A stretch of DNA of 64,000 nt from Raja brachyura (taxonomy: Eukaryota): assembly GCA_963514005.1 (NCBI GenBank), contig OY740783.1, positions 64,790,001 through 64,854,000 of the forward strand. The letters are read 5' to 3'. Under the pieces are notes generated by a model. That model had not been told where the DNA came from. It saw only the letters and a program-made list of their open reading frames with translations, and ran no database searches. A program made the position numbers and the translations under genes. Below are positions 61,361-64,000 of the stretch, piece after piece; position 1 is the stretch's first letter, and the number at the start of each line of letters is the position of its first letter.

Positions 61361-64000
61361 TGCAAAAATATCTCTATCTCTACATATATACACACACAGA
61401 CACAGCATGTTTTATTAACAAAGTCTTGAGGCCACAGACCAATAGTCTGACCTCAATGTAAATGCTGATCCAATTATTTATCACAGCAACAGAAAAAAAA
61501 GCCTTTAAAATGAGAATAAACAACATTTGTCAATGAAAGGCTAGCACTTCATAAGCCTAAGATTCAGTTTTTGGAACTGCCTGTTTATTAGTTTACTGAA
61601 CTGTTGATCATTATTTCAACCAATAATTCCCTGGGCTAAAGGAGCTTCTTTTGATCCAAGAACAGATCTGAAGGACTGAAAGCATCAATGAATGCAACTT
61701 TAAATTTGAAAAACTGTCAACAATTCAACATCCATTAACATCAACACCACTGGGGAATCAAGAAGAAAAGCACTGGTATACTCCTCCTGCAAGAGATTCT
61801 GTATAATCTTTCAGAAAATAAAGCTTCAAGGATGCTATATGGGATTTAAGTAATTAGAAAACTCAAAGAGGAATAGGTGTTTTGGAAACAGCTTTGTACT
61901 GTGTTAGAAAATTGACTTCAAAAAGCTGAAGCTTTTTTAGTTCAATGCAAAAATTTACTATGATAACGTATCTCATTGAGTTTGATTACAATGCAAAGCA
62001 ATATATTCTACCCTTCATATATCAGATGCAATTTAATTTATGGCACATTTCAGTAATGTCTACAACTTTTGGTGCCCTCCCTAGAAAAACAGTTTAGGAA
62101 AAAATGTCTGGGATTTAGTGGTGAGAAATAGATAATGACATCATAAAATTTAAGAGTAGTAAGTCTAATCTCTTGCCACTGAAGTTGATGGATAATAATT
62201 TGTAGTACAATCAGCAGCCGAGATACGTAACTTTTCTCTCAACCAAAAGGGAATCACTTCCACTTAGTAATGCTGTATCATTTGAGAAGATTGTAATGAA
62301 TGTGGTCCACATTATTAAAATGTGAGAGAAGTACATGACATAGATAACAGTAGATGTGAAGATCAATGGCGCATTAGATTTTGTTTCATTTTCACGGAAA
62401 TCCTGCCACGCATGCCATTGTTTTCAGCAATTTCTGCTTTTATTTCAGATTTGCAGCAAATGCAGCATATTTTTAATGTCCAATAGATTTTAAGAGTTTA
62501 ATTGGTGCTGTGAATGCAGTGCCAATTTGAAATTAAAAATCCTGAAACAAGTCTGAAGTGCAGATGAATTCCACTCTGCCCTGGCCTCAACACTTCTCAA
62601 AGTGTACCAGGTATGCAAAAACAGCACCTTATGAAAACATTCCCAGCATATGCCTGCAATTTGGAATAGAATTGCAGTTCACAAATTCATGTATATATTG
62701 ACATGATCAGCTGCATTAAGATTACGCAAAAATACTTTGCTCAAATTTATATAGTTCTCCAGACCCAGTACATACTTGTCTCAGAGAACAGAATTCTCTA
62801 AGATTTGCTGTTGTGAATTGAGCCAAGGCATTCCAAGGGTGGATGCCTGTACCTTGAACATTGGGTTCATAGATGAATATTTAAAACCCACAGTTCAGAA
62901 AGTAATTTATTCTGCATTCTAGTATATAAAGTTTACATACTGCCATGTCAGTGCTGCCCATATGACTAGAGAGTGGTTTTTATTGTATGCCGAGGATTGA
63001 TTATATGAAACTAGACTCTCAATTAATTGTATTCAGTTATGATGATGCTGGTGCCATAAATTAGAAGGTTTATTTTGCACAATGAACCATAGTCATGTAC
63101 ACTTACTAGTGATACTCTACTGTTGATTTTGAGTTGTTAATTCTGGTAAATTTTTAGTTTTACCTTCCTGGTAGATTCTTCCAGACAAGACTGGGAAGCT
63201 CAAGAAAGAGCAAAATGGGAAAAAATGGAACGGTATGCTAATCGCTAGATTCATTTCACAGTGACACAAATGTTATTGATAGAGGGATCTTAGAACTACT
63301 GGAATAATCAATAAGAAACTATTTGAAATTATAAGTAGTACATTTCCTGAGACAACTTAACCATTAAATTTATAACAAGGCACCATAATGTTTTGAAAGG
63401 GAGGTTCTTGCAACTGGGTGACCCCACTTGTCAAATGGTTTGTTTACACCAAGATAGAAATGACATGATAGAAATGATGAGAGGCGAGAATGCTTTTGAA
63501 GATTTTAGAGACCATGCATGCAAAACTCTTGGATAGAGTGGCGTGGAAAATACCCTTTTAAAAAATGTAATTATGGGCTAAACCACATGGGGCTGATGCA
63601 GGTACAATGTCACTTTTCTCATTTGTTCATAACCTGTTCCCAGAGGTGGTGTAATTTACATGTCACCAGTAAACTTTGTCAAAATTAGGCATTTTACAAT
63701 GGTGATCAAATAATACTATTATAGTGGAAATTTTATGATTAGCGCACAGTAGCATAATAGTCTTCTGCACGAGTAGCATAAGTCAACCAATACAGAAAAC
63801 AACCAAACCATTTGCTGCAAGGGTCGAGGTTTGTCATATATATTTTATAATCAATTTAAATTAGCAAGTAATTACATCTACTTGTGGAAGAAAATAAACC
63901 AGTTTATACAATTCAGGATTAAGGGTACATCATTAATTGCCCTTGAGAATGTGTTGAAGAGCCACCTGTTCTTGAAATGTTGCTGTCCTTCTGGTGAATG

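Noticed and set aside
45157-64000. PTCH1 exons 1-2, a promoter CpG island or a nested protein-coding gene in intron 2
   Set aside because: No exon-2-like peptide (KAPLWLRAKFQ...ETNVEELWVE), no CpG island, and only short non-homologous or TE-derived ORFs were seen.

Overview
This is eukaryotic genomic DNA from a vertebrate, most likely a cartilaginous fish (skate/ray-like, inferred from the repeat content). The whole window lies inside the Hedgehog receptor gene PTCH1 (Patched-1) on the minus strand. I mapped 21 consecutive coding exons (human-equivalent exons 3 to 23, the last cut by the window edge). All splice sites are canonical GT-AG, and the exons join into one uninterrupted frame of 3,764 nt (about 1,255 codons). 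Exons 1-2 must lie beyond position 64000. The introns carry many mobile elements: a Rex1/Babar-type LINE split by a 2.6-kb CR1 insertion, RTE LINE fragments, CR1 3' tails, SINE remnants, four non-autonomous Helitron-like copies, and many Penelope-like (PLE) fragments. The most notable observations are: (1) a near-intact minimal hammerhead ribozyme motif in a PLE remnant, in the same sense as the PTCH1 pre-mRNA; (2) fold-back PLE insertions next to exons; (3) three unrelated, near-perfect 16-22 bp palindromes sharing (C)ATA...TAT(G) ends; (4) an intron-12 block containing a perfect GLI site and a candidate poison cassette exon; (5) a perfect DR5 retinoic-acid-type element in intron 2; (6) a Helitron tail-to-head junction. 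No prokaryotic system, CRISPR array, tRNA or rRNA gene is supported. Comparisons with human PTCH1 and with repeat consensus sequences are from recall, not from a database search.
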